Of a stretch of 52,192 bases of DNA, positions 39,926-48,343 are shown piece after piece. Where the stretch lies: positions 1 to 52,192 of the IMG/VR virus record IMGVR_UViG_3300046167_000237; one strand, written 5' to 3'. Numbering within the stretch: position 1 is the first letter of the stretch; each line of letters opens with the position of its first letter. The position numbers were made by a program, and so were the translations under genes. Source of the DNA: a virus. Taxonomy: Duplodnaviria; Caudoviricetes. The notes under the pieces were generated by a model, which saw only the letters and a program-made list of their open reading frames with translations, had not been told where the DNA came from and ran no database searches.

Positions 39926-41437
39926 TTATGTCCTCACGGTCACTGCGAAACCGATAATGCGAAGCAGACCACCGCCTCCTTGTGTTTTGATGCGGTACTG
40001 AGCCGCGCGATAACGGTGTGACCACTTGCGTTCATACTGTTTGGATAGTGGCACATCCTCGAAGTAGTTGTCGTCCGAGGTGTCATCTACCTCGAAAACT
40101 AATGAGCCTAGCGTTCGACCATCTTCGTCTTGGGCGTCCAAGGTGATAATGCCCTTGCCAGACGCCTGTATAATAACGCTTTGCGTCTCCTTCGTTTCTT
40201 CAAGGCTCCCATGCCAAAGCAGGGGGGTGACAACTTCCATATCGGGGGTAAACGCGTTTTCATTATCCTCCTCGACCTTGAGAACTTCGTACAATCCACC
40301 CGTCGTTCCATAGACGAGCTTGCCATTTAAGAATGACCCACAGCGTGCGTTGAGAAAGTCGCCTGTGTTGAACTTCGGCACAGCCTGACCGCCCTCTGGG
40401 TTCATAGCCAGAGTTAGGCGTTTGCAAAGCTGGCCTCCTGCTTGTGGGAAGAAGACGTGGTATTGCGCAGTGTCTTGGTCAAAGACCGCGCTCAATGTTT
40501 CGGGGTTCTCGACGGAGGCAAATAGCTCGCGATAAAGCAGGTCTATCTTGTCCGACAGGCTGTAAGAATACACGAGTATCCCGTTGTCCTCCGACCGTTT
40601 GATCGAATGGATACCAGACCGCGAGCAGTATAGGAGGTCTGTCCCTGCGTTCGCGATAGTATTGTGACTGATGCAGCCAATGTTGATGTTCGCGTTGTCG
40701 TCTATTACCCATCGGTCAATATCCGGGTCTATCCTGTAAATGATGCTTCGGTCAGCAGTGAACACCACGAGACGGTTCTGTTCGAAAGTCCCAAGGCCAG
40801 TGATCTGATCAGCAGTCCCTAACAAGTTTGCTACGTCGATGAAGCCAGCGCGTAAAACATTTGTGCTGGCTGGGTCTTCATCATCGGGGAAGAGTTCGTC
40901 TTGGTCTACCCTACTCAAATGCACCTGTGTTTCACGCCCCGGAATGCCAGCCACAGCCAGACGACGCTGCACAGACGTGACGTATGCAGGCAACATATTA
41001 TTGATCGAGGGAGACTGGTTGCGTGTGAACTGAATGCCGTTATAGCGATACATTGGACGCGAACGAGCAGCCAGATGCACAGACTGGTTGAAGACTGTGC
41101 TGGTAACGATAGCCGCCGTAGGATGTACGTTTTCCAAGACGTGGTCACGCTCTGACTTAAAGTTCAAGCCAGAACCAGTTTCCTCCACCCAGCAGACTTC
41201 GTCTGAGCCAAAGAAGCGGGTGTGGTTTACCTTGAACTCGCCCTTGCGAAACTTGCATGAAGCGTCACGCACCATCTGTCCTCGCCAGTCAGACGAGGCG
41301 TTGTTGATCTTGGTGACGTGCTGGTCTTTGCCAGTGTCTAGGCTTGTGATGTCGCGAGAAGTGTCGAGACCTTGAAAGTTCTCGTAAGCAAAAGTCCTTG
41401 CCTTTATGCCGCTGCGTGACTTCGTCGTGCTAGTCAT
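39926..41437 (-). CDS. tail nozzle / DNA-stabilisation protein
   Basis: 503 aa, FQGLD start, beta-rich, directly after the adaptor-position gene. Confidence 0.6.
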   Translation of the reverse strand: MTSTTKSRSGIKARTFAYENFQGLDTSRDITSLDTGKDQHVTKINNASSDWRGQMVRDASCKFRKGEFKVNHTRFFGSDEVCWVEETGSGLNFKSERDHVLENVHPTAAIVTSTVFNQSVHLAARSRPMYRYNGIQFTRNQSPSINNMLPAYVTSVQRRLAVAGIPGRETQVHLSRVDQDELFPDDEDPASTNVLRAGFIDVANLLGTADQITGLGTFEQNRLVVFTADRSIIYRIDPDIDRWVIDDNANINIGCISHNTIANAGTDLLYCSRSGIHSIKRSEDNGILVYSYSLSDKIDLLYRELFASVENPETLSAVFDQDTAQYHVFFPQAGGQLCKRLTLAMNPEGGQAVPKFNTGDFLNARCGSFLNGKLVYGTTGGLYEVLKVEEDNENAFTPDMEVVTPLLWHGSLEETKETQSVIIQASGKGIITLDAQDEDGRTLGSLVFEVDDTSDDNYFEDVPLSKQYERKWSHRYRAAQYRIKTQGGGGLLRIIGFAVTVRT

Positions 41438-41898
41438 TAGTAGCTAACCGTCCCGTTGTTCGCGTTGGTTGTACCGCCATTGATATTGGCCTTGTTGGTG
41501 CCACCGTCGACAACCTTCATCTGGATTTTGGTATTGCCGTTTATAGACTGCCAGAGTTCACGGTTGAGCGTGGCGAAGTATGTAGGCATGTACATCTGCA
41601 TCTTCTCACTGCCTTGCTGGAGGGCGTAGTGATAGAGCAAGCCTTGCACCATGATGATGTCTTTGATCTTCCGCACGTCTGTGGCCGACTGGTAGTAGTC
41701 GATGGCCACGTTGTCGTAGTACGGATGAGCGCGGATGTCGTCGATCACCATGTTGGCAAACTCGATGAACATAAGCATCACATCACCGTCCACCGTGCCG
41801 GGGTGAAAGTCGCCAAACCGCCGTAACGCCTGCATCGCAAGCGTGTTTAGCGGCGAGTTGTTTTCGCGGATGTGGGGGTTTGTGTCGCTCTGTGCCAT
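41437..41898 (-). CDS. probable head-tail adaptor
   Basis: 153-aa helical protein two genes after the capsid gene; assignment by position. Confidence 0.5.
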   Translation of the reverse strand: MAQSDTNPHIRENNSPLNTLAMQALRRFGDFHPGTVDGDVMLMFIEFANMVIDDIRAHPYYDNVAIDYYQSATDVRKIKDIIMVQGLLYHYALQQGSEKMQMYMPTYFATLNRELWQSINGNTKIQMKVVDGGTNKANINGGTTNANNGTVSY

Positions 41899-41901
41899 GA
41901 G

Positions 41902-42213
41902 TTACCTCTTACGAACAATCCGTGCGTTCATTACGAAGTGGTTCTTCTCGAAGCGTTCGACATCGTCTGCCTGCACTTCGAACTCTAAGCGTCCACTCTG
42001 GAAATTTCTGATCGGGCCAATGCCAGCGACGGAGAACATAGAAGGTTCTTTCTCGCGGCTCTCGTACCAAACTACTGCGTCTTTCGCAGGTGCAGTCTCA
42101 ACCCAAGCCTCGTTCTCTGGTGTGCTGGGATCGTCTGCAATAAATGCGCCCGTGTCTGTGCGTGCGCGGGTCTTGGTTGTTTTCTTAGTCACAGTCTTTT
42201 TCGTTTGCGCCAT
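41902..42213 (-). CDS. hypothetical virion-region protein
   Basis: RAR...G.FIADDPSTPENEAW motif; RBS AGGAG. Confidence 0.65.
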   Translation of the reverse strand: MAQTKKTVTKKTTKTRARTDTGAFIADDPSTPENEAWVETAPAKDAVVWYESREKEPSMFSVAGIGPIRNFQSGRLEFEVQADDVERFEKNHFVMNARIVRKR

Positions 42214-42225
42214 AAGGTTCTCCTA

Positions 42226-42254
42226 AAAATTAAGGGGGCAAGATGCCCCCTTAA
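42226..42254 (-). terminator. Rho-independent terminator after the major capsid gene
   Basis: - strand TTAAGGGGGCA-tct-TGCCCCCTTAA then TTTTT. Confidence 0.75.
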
Positions 42255-42286
42255 TATCGCTTGTTTCAGCAGACTGGTCGTCCCGC

Positions 42287-43480
42287 TTAGTTTTTGCGTG
42301 CTGACCAGTTTTTGATGTAGGCGTGGGTTTTGTCTTGCAGAAGCTCCAGACCACATTCGGTCAGGTACTCGTGCTTGACGCTGTCCGCGTCTACCGCTTG
42401 ACGGTTTTCCAATAGCTGGGTGTCGCGACCTTCGAGGTGACGATAAACCAGATATGGGAAGTCAACGATGATCATAGCGTTAGCCATGTTCGGGATTTGA
42501 CGGAACTGCGGGTGCAGGTGAACCATCAAGTCTCCAGCGAACGTGTTGTAACGTGTCAGGTTGACGCCGTAGGCACCTTCCATTGCGGTTGGTTGCCAGC
42601 GATCTTTGCCGTACTGCTGCAAGTGGTTTGCAACATTTTCGCCAACAAAAGCGATCTTCTGCTTGGAGCCAAACTTGAAGACTGTGCTGATGAGCAGGCT
42701 GTCAAAGCCTTCTTCAGTCATAGTCCCTGCGCCAGAACCACCGTAAGACGCGTAGTCTGTGGTGATGTCAACGACGTTGCTCAAGCTGTTCAGCAAGCCG
42801 CCAGTGTAGCGAGTTGGCTGTGCAGTTGAACCGTTGGCTTCGTGCTTTTGACCGAAGAACATTGCACGCTCGATGTCAGACATGTGGAGCTTCAGTGCTT
42901 TGGTCATCGCTTCGTCCAGCTTGTCGCCAGTCCGTAGGTATGTGCTTTGCATGGTGTTTGTTACCGCGAAAGCTGTACGGAAAATCTGGGTAAAGTTGGA
43001 TGATACTGTTGCATCAAAGCTGATAGCAGTCGGAGAGGTTCCACCCTCCTGTGCGGCAAAGCCAGCGATGAACAGGTCAGCGTTATCAGCAATCTGGTGT
43101 GATGTGCCGCCAATGTTACGAGCCACAGTCAGCGTAGTTGCTGTTGTGTCCGCAGTGACGTGCATAACTTCGCCAGTTTCGCTGTTGACAACGATTGCGC
43201 CGTTGATGGCGAACTTGTTGTCGTCAGACGCGTCGATAGTAACAGACGTAGTAGACGTTGAGGCTACTGCACCGTTTACTTTCAGTTTGCGCTCCGGCAG
43301 TTCGTCGCGGAAGTTTTTGTATTCCGGGTCGTCTGTCGGCTCTGATGAACCCATTGCAAGCATCGCGTTTAGCGGTGCGTTACCATTTGGTTCGAGAAGC
43401 GTGAATAGCTCACGATAGTTTTTTGGGCGGAAGTCGGAGGTAAACTCACCTGTTCCGCGCAGTCCTTGGATAGCAGCCAT
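42287..43480 (-). CDS. major capsid protein (SU10/DUF5309-like)
   Basis: 397 aa; NFTQIFRT...T.T, H..DIERA..FG, R.TGGL, E..TECGLE; follows scaffold; RBS GGAGG and own terminator. Confidence 0.8.
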   Translation of the reverse strand: MAAIQGLRGTGEFTSDFRPKNYRELFTLLEPNGNAPLNAMLAMGSSEPTDDPEYKNFRDELPERKLKVNGAVASTSTTSVTIDASDDNKFAINGAIVVNSETGEVMHVTADTTATTLTVARNIGGTSHQIADNADLFIAGFAAQEGGTSPTAISFDATVSSNFTQIFRTAFAVTNTMQSTYLRTGDKLDEAMTKALKLHMSDIERAMFFGQKHEANGSTAQPTRYTGGLLNSLSNVVDITTDYASYGGSGAGTMTEEGFDSLLISTVFKFGSKQKIAFVGENVANHLQQYGKDRWQPTAMEGAYGVNLTRYNTFAGDLMVHLHPQFRQIPNMANAMIIVDFPYLVYRHLEGRDTQLLENRQAVDADSVKHEYLTECGLELLQDKTHAYIKNWSARKN

Positions 43481-43593
43481 GATTGGCCTCCATTATTAAA
43501 GTTGCGGTTCAGCGAGCTACGCGGGAAAATCCATCGCATTGCCCTTAGTTTTTTAGCTGGCTGGGCCGAAGCGCAGCCGTCATTGCTAGGTGT

Positions 43594-43624
43594 AGTATAG
43601 GACGTACAAACTAGGTTATCGTCC
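43594..43624 (-). promoter_or_regulatory. putative phage late promoter upstream of the major capsid gene (type example of the GGACGA-N motif)
   Basis: GGACGAT-18-TATACT just after the scaffold terminator; same architecture at nine other gene starts. Confidence 0.65.
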
Positions 43625-43632
43625 CTATTCAT

Positions 43633-43663
43633 AAAAAAACGCCACGGGGATTAGCCGTGGCGT
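43633..43663 (-). terminator. Rho-independent terminator after the scaffold gene
   Basis: - strand ACGCCACGG-ctaatcc-CCGTGGCGT then T-run. Confidence 0.75.
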
Positions 43664-43688
43664 AGTTAAGGGAGGAGGTAATGTCGAG

Positions 43689-44738
43689 TTAGACCATGCC
43701 CTTCTTCTGCATGGCCATAGCCGCGAGCTTGTCAAAGGTGTTTCCGCCTTCAGAAGCCCCCGCTTCTGCGCCTGACGACGCGGAAGGTGTTGAACCCATT
43801 GAGCCAGTGTAGGCTTGACGACGCTGTGCGATTGCACGCATGCGCTCCATCTCAGGGCTATCCATGTTGTTCTTAAAGTCTGTCATCACCTTGATGGTGA
43901 GTTGAGGATCGACAAAGTCTTCCATCGTAAAGCCGCGCTCTGCCGCAAAAACCATGAAGTCGTTGGCCTTGTCGTCTGGCAGACCCAGTGCGGTCTGTAC
44001 TTTGTCGATGTTGTTCGAAATTGATTGGCGCATCGCATTGATCTGCTGGCTTTGTGCGCCCTGCATTCCCTGCTTTGCTGCGTCTGCAACGCCAGATGAC
44101 TGAGCCAAGACGGCTTGAAGCATCTGTTGCGTCTGTGCAAGTTGCTGTTGCATCTGTGCCATGCCCTGACCCTGCGAAGCCATCATATCTTTATAGCCGG
44201 GGGGGAGGGATGCCGCGTTATCTTCTTCCCACTTTGACATTATGGCGTCCATGTCGCCACCCTTGAGAGCCGCAGTCTTGGAGTAGTCTCCAGACTTCTC
44301 GCCGTCTGTGTTGCCCATAACAGGGTTCGGTTCGCCAGCTTTCTGTAAGTTGACTAGCGTTTCTGCGACCTGCTTGCTGGTCATGTTGGGATTGGCACGC
44401 ATGTACTGCTCAACCACGTCCATGACGGGTTTGTACTGTGCGTTCTTGTAGTTCATCGCGCTGTAACGCTCGAACGTAGATTTGATTTGTTGAGGTGTTA
44501 GTTTGCGATTATTGCCGTCGCCGAAGTCTACCTCATAAATAATTGCTTCAGCGGAAATTTTATCGCCTTCAGTGTCGGGAGAGCCTTTCTCAGCCGCTTG
44601 GCCTTCTGCGCTATCCTTCTTCTCTGGTTTCGGTGCGTCAGGGGCAGGTTGCGCCTGTTGCGGTTCTACGCCCATGTTTCTGGAGGCGATGCCATCTACC
44701 ATCGCGGCCATTGCTTGGGGGTCTTGGGGGTTTGCCAT
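43689..44738 (-). CDS. capsid scaffolding protein
   Basis: acidic, Gln-rich 349-aa protein directly upstream of the capsid gene. Confidence 0.65.
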   Translation of the reverse strand: MANPQDPQAMAAMVDGIASRNMGVEPQQAQPAPDAPKPEKKDSAEGQAAEKGSPDTEGDKISAEAIIYEVDFGDGNNRKLTPQQIKSTFERYSAMNYKNAQYKPVMDVVEQYMRANPNMTSKQVAETLVNLQKAGEPNPVMGNTDGEKSGDYSKTAALKGGDMDAIMSKWEEDNAASLPPGYKDMMASQGQGMAQMQQQLAQTQQMLQAVLAQSSGVADAAKQGMQGAQSQQINAMRQSISNNIDKVQTALGLPDDKANDFMVFAAERGFTMEDFVDPQLTIKVMTDFKNNMDSPEMERMRAIAQRRQAYTGSMGSTPSASSGAEAGASEGGNTFDKLAAMAMQKKGMV

Positions 44739-44786
44739 TTTATTCTCCTTGCCCAGCCGAAGCGGGGTATTGTTTCAGATGTTGTA

Positions 44787-45059
44787 TTATGAGCCAGTGA
44801 GGTTGTTGCTGTCGTCCACAGAGTGAAGGGCTACGTCACCCTCTAGTTTCTGTCGCAGACGTACAGGCAATTCCAACATTTGCTTCGCGGCCCAGATCGA
44901 GCCACGACGAAAGTTTATCTCTTCGAGTTCCATTGACGGGGTCTCTGCAATAGACATTGCAGACGCCAAGATTTCCTCGTGCATGATTTCTAGGACGATT
45001 GTCCAACCCTTGGAATTTAACAGGTTGTCGACCGCCTTTAACTTGGCGGTTGGCGTCAT
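44787..45059 (-). CDS. hypothetical head-region protein
   Basis: 90-aa helical ORF with ATGA coupling. Confidence 0.65.
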   Translation of the reverse strand: MTPTAKLKAVDNLLNSKGWTIVLEIMHEEILASAMSIAETPSMELEEINFRRGSIWAAKQMLELPVRLRQKLEGDVALHSVDDSNNLTGS

Positions 45060-45197
45060 GTGCGTTTGGCTTTTTTGCCTTTACGAACGACCTGCCTTGC
45101 CAGCCATGACTGCGCCATGACCCTTCTTGTTGGCAGGTGTGTGTACTGCCGAGCCTTTCGGGTAATACTTGTCTGCGTTACCGTTGTTCATGCCCAT
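45056..45197 (-). CDS. small basic protein with one apparent insertion (not in ORF track)
   Basis: RBS GAGGAG; MGMNNGNADKYYPKGSAVHTPANKKGHG...VVRKGKKAKRT; span is 3n+1. Confidence 0.5.
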
Positions 45198-45253
45198 GTC
45201 ATTCTCCTCTTATGATAGGAGTATGATAGAAGATACAGACGCACTGTTCGTCC

Positions 45254-45502
45254 CTATCTCGAATAATTTTCTATTAGTCTGTCGATCTTTGCGTCGAGCG
45301 CGTCGAGCCTGTCCATGACCCGGTTGATGTCACTGTTGACTTCGGCCTTGGTGATGTACTCTTTCGCCATCTCTTCGCGCGTTCGATTGATCAGGATTTG
45401 CAGACGCTTCTGCTCCTCGACATAGTTACGGAGCGTCCAACCGCCAAAGCCAATCATGGCGGTTAGTGCGCCGCTCCATAGTATGTCGAACTGCATATCC
45501 AT
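45254..45502 (-). CDS. small TM plus coiled-coil protein
   Basis: hydrophobic N-terminus; L.NRTREE.AKEY.TK...RLDALDAKIDRL. Confidence 0.65.
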   Translation of the reverse strand: MDMQFDILWSGALTAMIGFGGWTLRNYVEEQKRLQILINRTREEMAKEYITKAEVNSDINRVMDRLDALDAKIDRLIENYSR

Positions 45503-45774
45503 TATTCTGGCGTTGCTTCGGCAGTCTGTGCCGCTACATGAGCCGCATATGCGTCTTTGACCGCTTGGGTGAATACGGGTGTGCAGATTGCTGCTACATC
45601 ATCGGCTTCGTCTGCTAGAACTGCGTCTGGCATAACTACATGACGGTGAAACGAACGGCTGATCTCTTCACCATCCCGCTTGATGATGTTCGCTCTACGA
45701 ACTTGTACGACAGGAAAAGTGCCATTGTGAACGACCTCGATTTTGTCGTTTAGTGTTTCTTCTGTTAGTGCCAT
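45502..45774 (-). CDS. tail-fibre-associated small protein
   Basis: MALTEE...DKIEVV...VQVR....I.RDG.EISRSFHRHVV; directly follows a fibre gene. Confidence 0.7.
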   Translation of the reverse strand: MALTEETLNDKIEVVHNGTFPVVQVRRANIIKRDGEEISRSFHRHVVMPDAVLADEADDVAAICTPVFTQAVKDAYAAHVAAQTAEATPE

Positions 45775-45828
45775 CGTTTATCTCCTGTGATGGTTGGACT
45801 GTCCGACCCAAAGCTATGCAGTGGGTTA

Positions 45829-47287
45829 TTAAGAAATAAAATATGAAATATAACCAAAACACTCACTGTTATCTTTCCATAACGCTGTTGCTTGTGCCTC
45901 AGCGTAATTGCCGGATGCCGTCGATTTATAGTCTAAGGTTAATAACGGTGAGCCATACATTCCTCTTGGCCTCCAATCAACGGCAGATACATTGACATTA
46001 CTTAATGCAACCTTTCCCGTAATATTCGTTGCGCTAGAGTTAAATGGAAACCCAAATATTCTAGCGGTACTGCCACCAACAGTTCCTTTTGATGTTGTAA
46101 GAATACGAAAGTTACACATAACCTGATTACCAATTTTTACATACGTTCCATCTTGCACTGCATAAACTGCTCCCGAGTTAGACCCGCCTTGATTAGAGCC
46201 AAATGTAGGCGTCCAAGTTCCCTCTTCATAGTCATCCAGCTTATTAGCCGACCCAGTGCCGCCAAGGTATACACCGCCAGACAGCCAGAGGTCACGCCAT
46301 TGGTATGTAGGTGAGCCAAGGTCTTTACCTGAACCTGTTGGTGTAACTTCGTCGGTTGCAAACCTAATAGAGTTGTTTTCGATGCGCATGCGTTCTGTGT
46401 TAGATGTCCCCAATGCTAATATACCTGTTGATGGGCTTATTAACGAAACACCAGATGTTAAATTGATTGAAAGATCGGCAGAAGTTGTATTCGTAAATGA
46501 TGCGATTGAACCACCCGCCGAGTCCGAAACTTGAAACTTATTGCTTGGATTTGTAACCCCAATCCCAACATTGCCTGAGCTATTTATGATCATGCGGTAT
46601 GCGTTATTGTTTCTGTCGTATACCATAAATGCGCCAGCACCAGCACCAGAGTTATCGTCTGCGCCAATGGAAAAATCACTGCTTGCGTCATTGTCCGTAA
46701 ATCTTGCAAAAGCATTACCTGCTGTACCTGTTATTTGCAAAATGTCGCCGTTATCAACAACTTCAAGTTTTCGGCTTGGCGAAGTCGTCCCAATCCCAAA
46801 ATTGCTGCCTACAAATCGTGCAGCCTCAGAACCAGAGGTTCCGAAAATCAAATAATTGCCTGTGCTTGTTCCTTTCACAAGCGAACCCGTGCTTGTGCCA
46901 CCGAGGAACAAGGTGCTTGGGTTTGACTGCAAAATCAACTGCCCATATTCATCAAGGCGCATATGCTCTGTATTATCAACTTCAAATCGGATATTACTTG
47001 AACTTGTTGTGTTGCCTTCATCTGCCCTCAAGAATAAAGTTCCGTTTGAGTCCGATGAAATTTCGGAATAGCTTCCAGTTCCTCTTTGTATTCTAAAAAC
47101 TGGGTCGGCGGCAGAACTCAAGTGGAGGCTAGTTGCTGGCGAACTCGCCCCAATCCCAGTTGCGCCATAGACGTAGTTGCCCGTCTCCGATCCAGCTGAA
47201 CAGGCGTGATCACGTCGTCGGCAAGTTCCGTGGTGCCAATGACACCATCTGAAATCATGTCCTGCGAGGTGTACGGGCTTTTGTCAT
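45829..47287 (-). CDS. second tail fibre/spike protein; 5' part broken by indels
   Basis: repeated GNVGIG.T.P, ERMRI and LDDYEEGTWTP motifs; MTKAR start at 47287. Confidence 0.7.
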
Positions 47288-47291
47288 ATCT

Positions 47292-47630
47292 TTACTCCGG
47301 CTTCGTCGGCCAGACGACATCGTCTAGGCTGGTGTATGTGTCAGTGATGTCACGAAGGGCTTGGCGGTATGCTGTTTGTTCAGCGGTCATGGTGAGGTCT
47401 GAGGTCGCCCACCAATCTGTTTCTGCTAGGAGTGCATTGCGTTTTAAGCGCAAGCGAAGAAGTTCCTCTTCGGCTGTTGGTACAGGCGTTGGGTCTGTGA
47501 ATGCTGAACCATCATAAGTGAAATCAACTTGAACAGTGTCATCACAGTCTACCCATATGAGGTCTTCGTGTACTTCAAACTCTGTCTCTTCGATTTGTAC
47601 AACTCGGTTATTTGATAATAGTGCTTTCAT
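47292..47630 (-). CDS. tail fibre assembly chaperone
   Basis: LR.KRN.LLAETDW....D.......AYRQALRDIT.......VWP.KP. Confidence 0.8.
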   Translation of the reverse strand: MKALLSNNRVVQIEETEFEVHEDLIWVDCDDTVQVDFTYDGSAFTDPTPVPTAEEELLRLRLKRNALLAETDWWATSDLTMTAEQTAYRQALRDITDTYTSLDDVVWPTKPE

Positions 47631-48343
47631 TATGCGTACTCCTCGACAATCACACAGCCTTGGTATCCGGGGCCAGAATTACCCCAACTGCCAGAAGTTC
47701 TGTAGAAAGCCCCGCCGCCACCTGCGCCATAAACATTGGGATTTGGTGCGTGTTGAGGGTTATTAGTACCCCCCATAATTTCCGGGCGCGCCGCCACCCC
47801 AAAAGGAAGCACCACCTTGGGAAAGCCCAGAAGCCCAAGTGTAGGTATTGCCAGTAAAGTTATCCCAACCGTTACTTCCATAACCACCGTTCAAGTTTAT
47901 ATCACCACCAGAGCCTGAGCCGCCATAGCCTCCTACAACTGGCCCTGCATTACCAAATATGCCACCCTCGCACCGCCTGTGGCAGAACAATATGAGCCAA
48001 AGGATGATGTACCGCCAGCGGCTCCATTAGCCGCCGCCGACGCCGTATTGACAGCACCGCCGCCGCCTACTGTGCAGGACACTGTTGAAATAGCACGAAC
48101 ATCAATGAGCTTAATAGCTGTGCCGCCCGCACCACCGCCCGCACCAAAGTCTGCGTTTGCACCGCCACCACCACCCGAACCGCCACCACCTGTGACGTAA
48201 ACTCGTACTTTTGAAATGCCAGATGGTTTAGTCCAAGTACCCGTACCAAGTATAACTTGAACAGAAACAAGACCTACATTGTGCCAATCATCAATAGCAT
48301 TTGTGCCTAGTGTTACACCTGATGGCCCTAAAGAAACCGCCAT
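47630..48343 (-). CDS. glycine-rich tail-associated protein, split by indels
   Basis: GTWTKPSG...V.V.VTGGGGSGG, GGTSSFG, G.VIVEEY. Confidence 0.7.

Noticed and set aside
43543-43578. preQ1-I riboswitch in the capsid leader (hairpin followed by AAAAAACUAAGG)
   Set aside because: The tail resembles preQ1-I, but the loop lacks the U-starting, CUAG-type segment needed for the pseudoknot, and no queuosine genes are present. An Infernal search would settle it.
46759-46790. Eleventh GGACGAC-N19-GAAGTT copy
   Set aside because: It is mid-gene, about 1 kb from the next start codon and encodes the GTTSP fibre repeat; it may be chance and was not counted.
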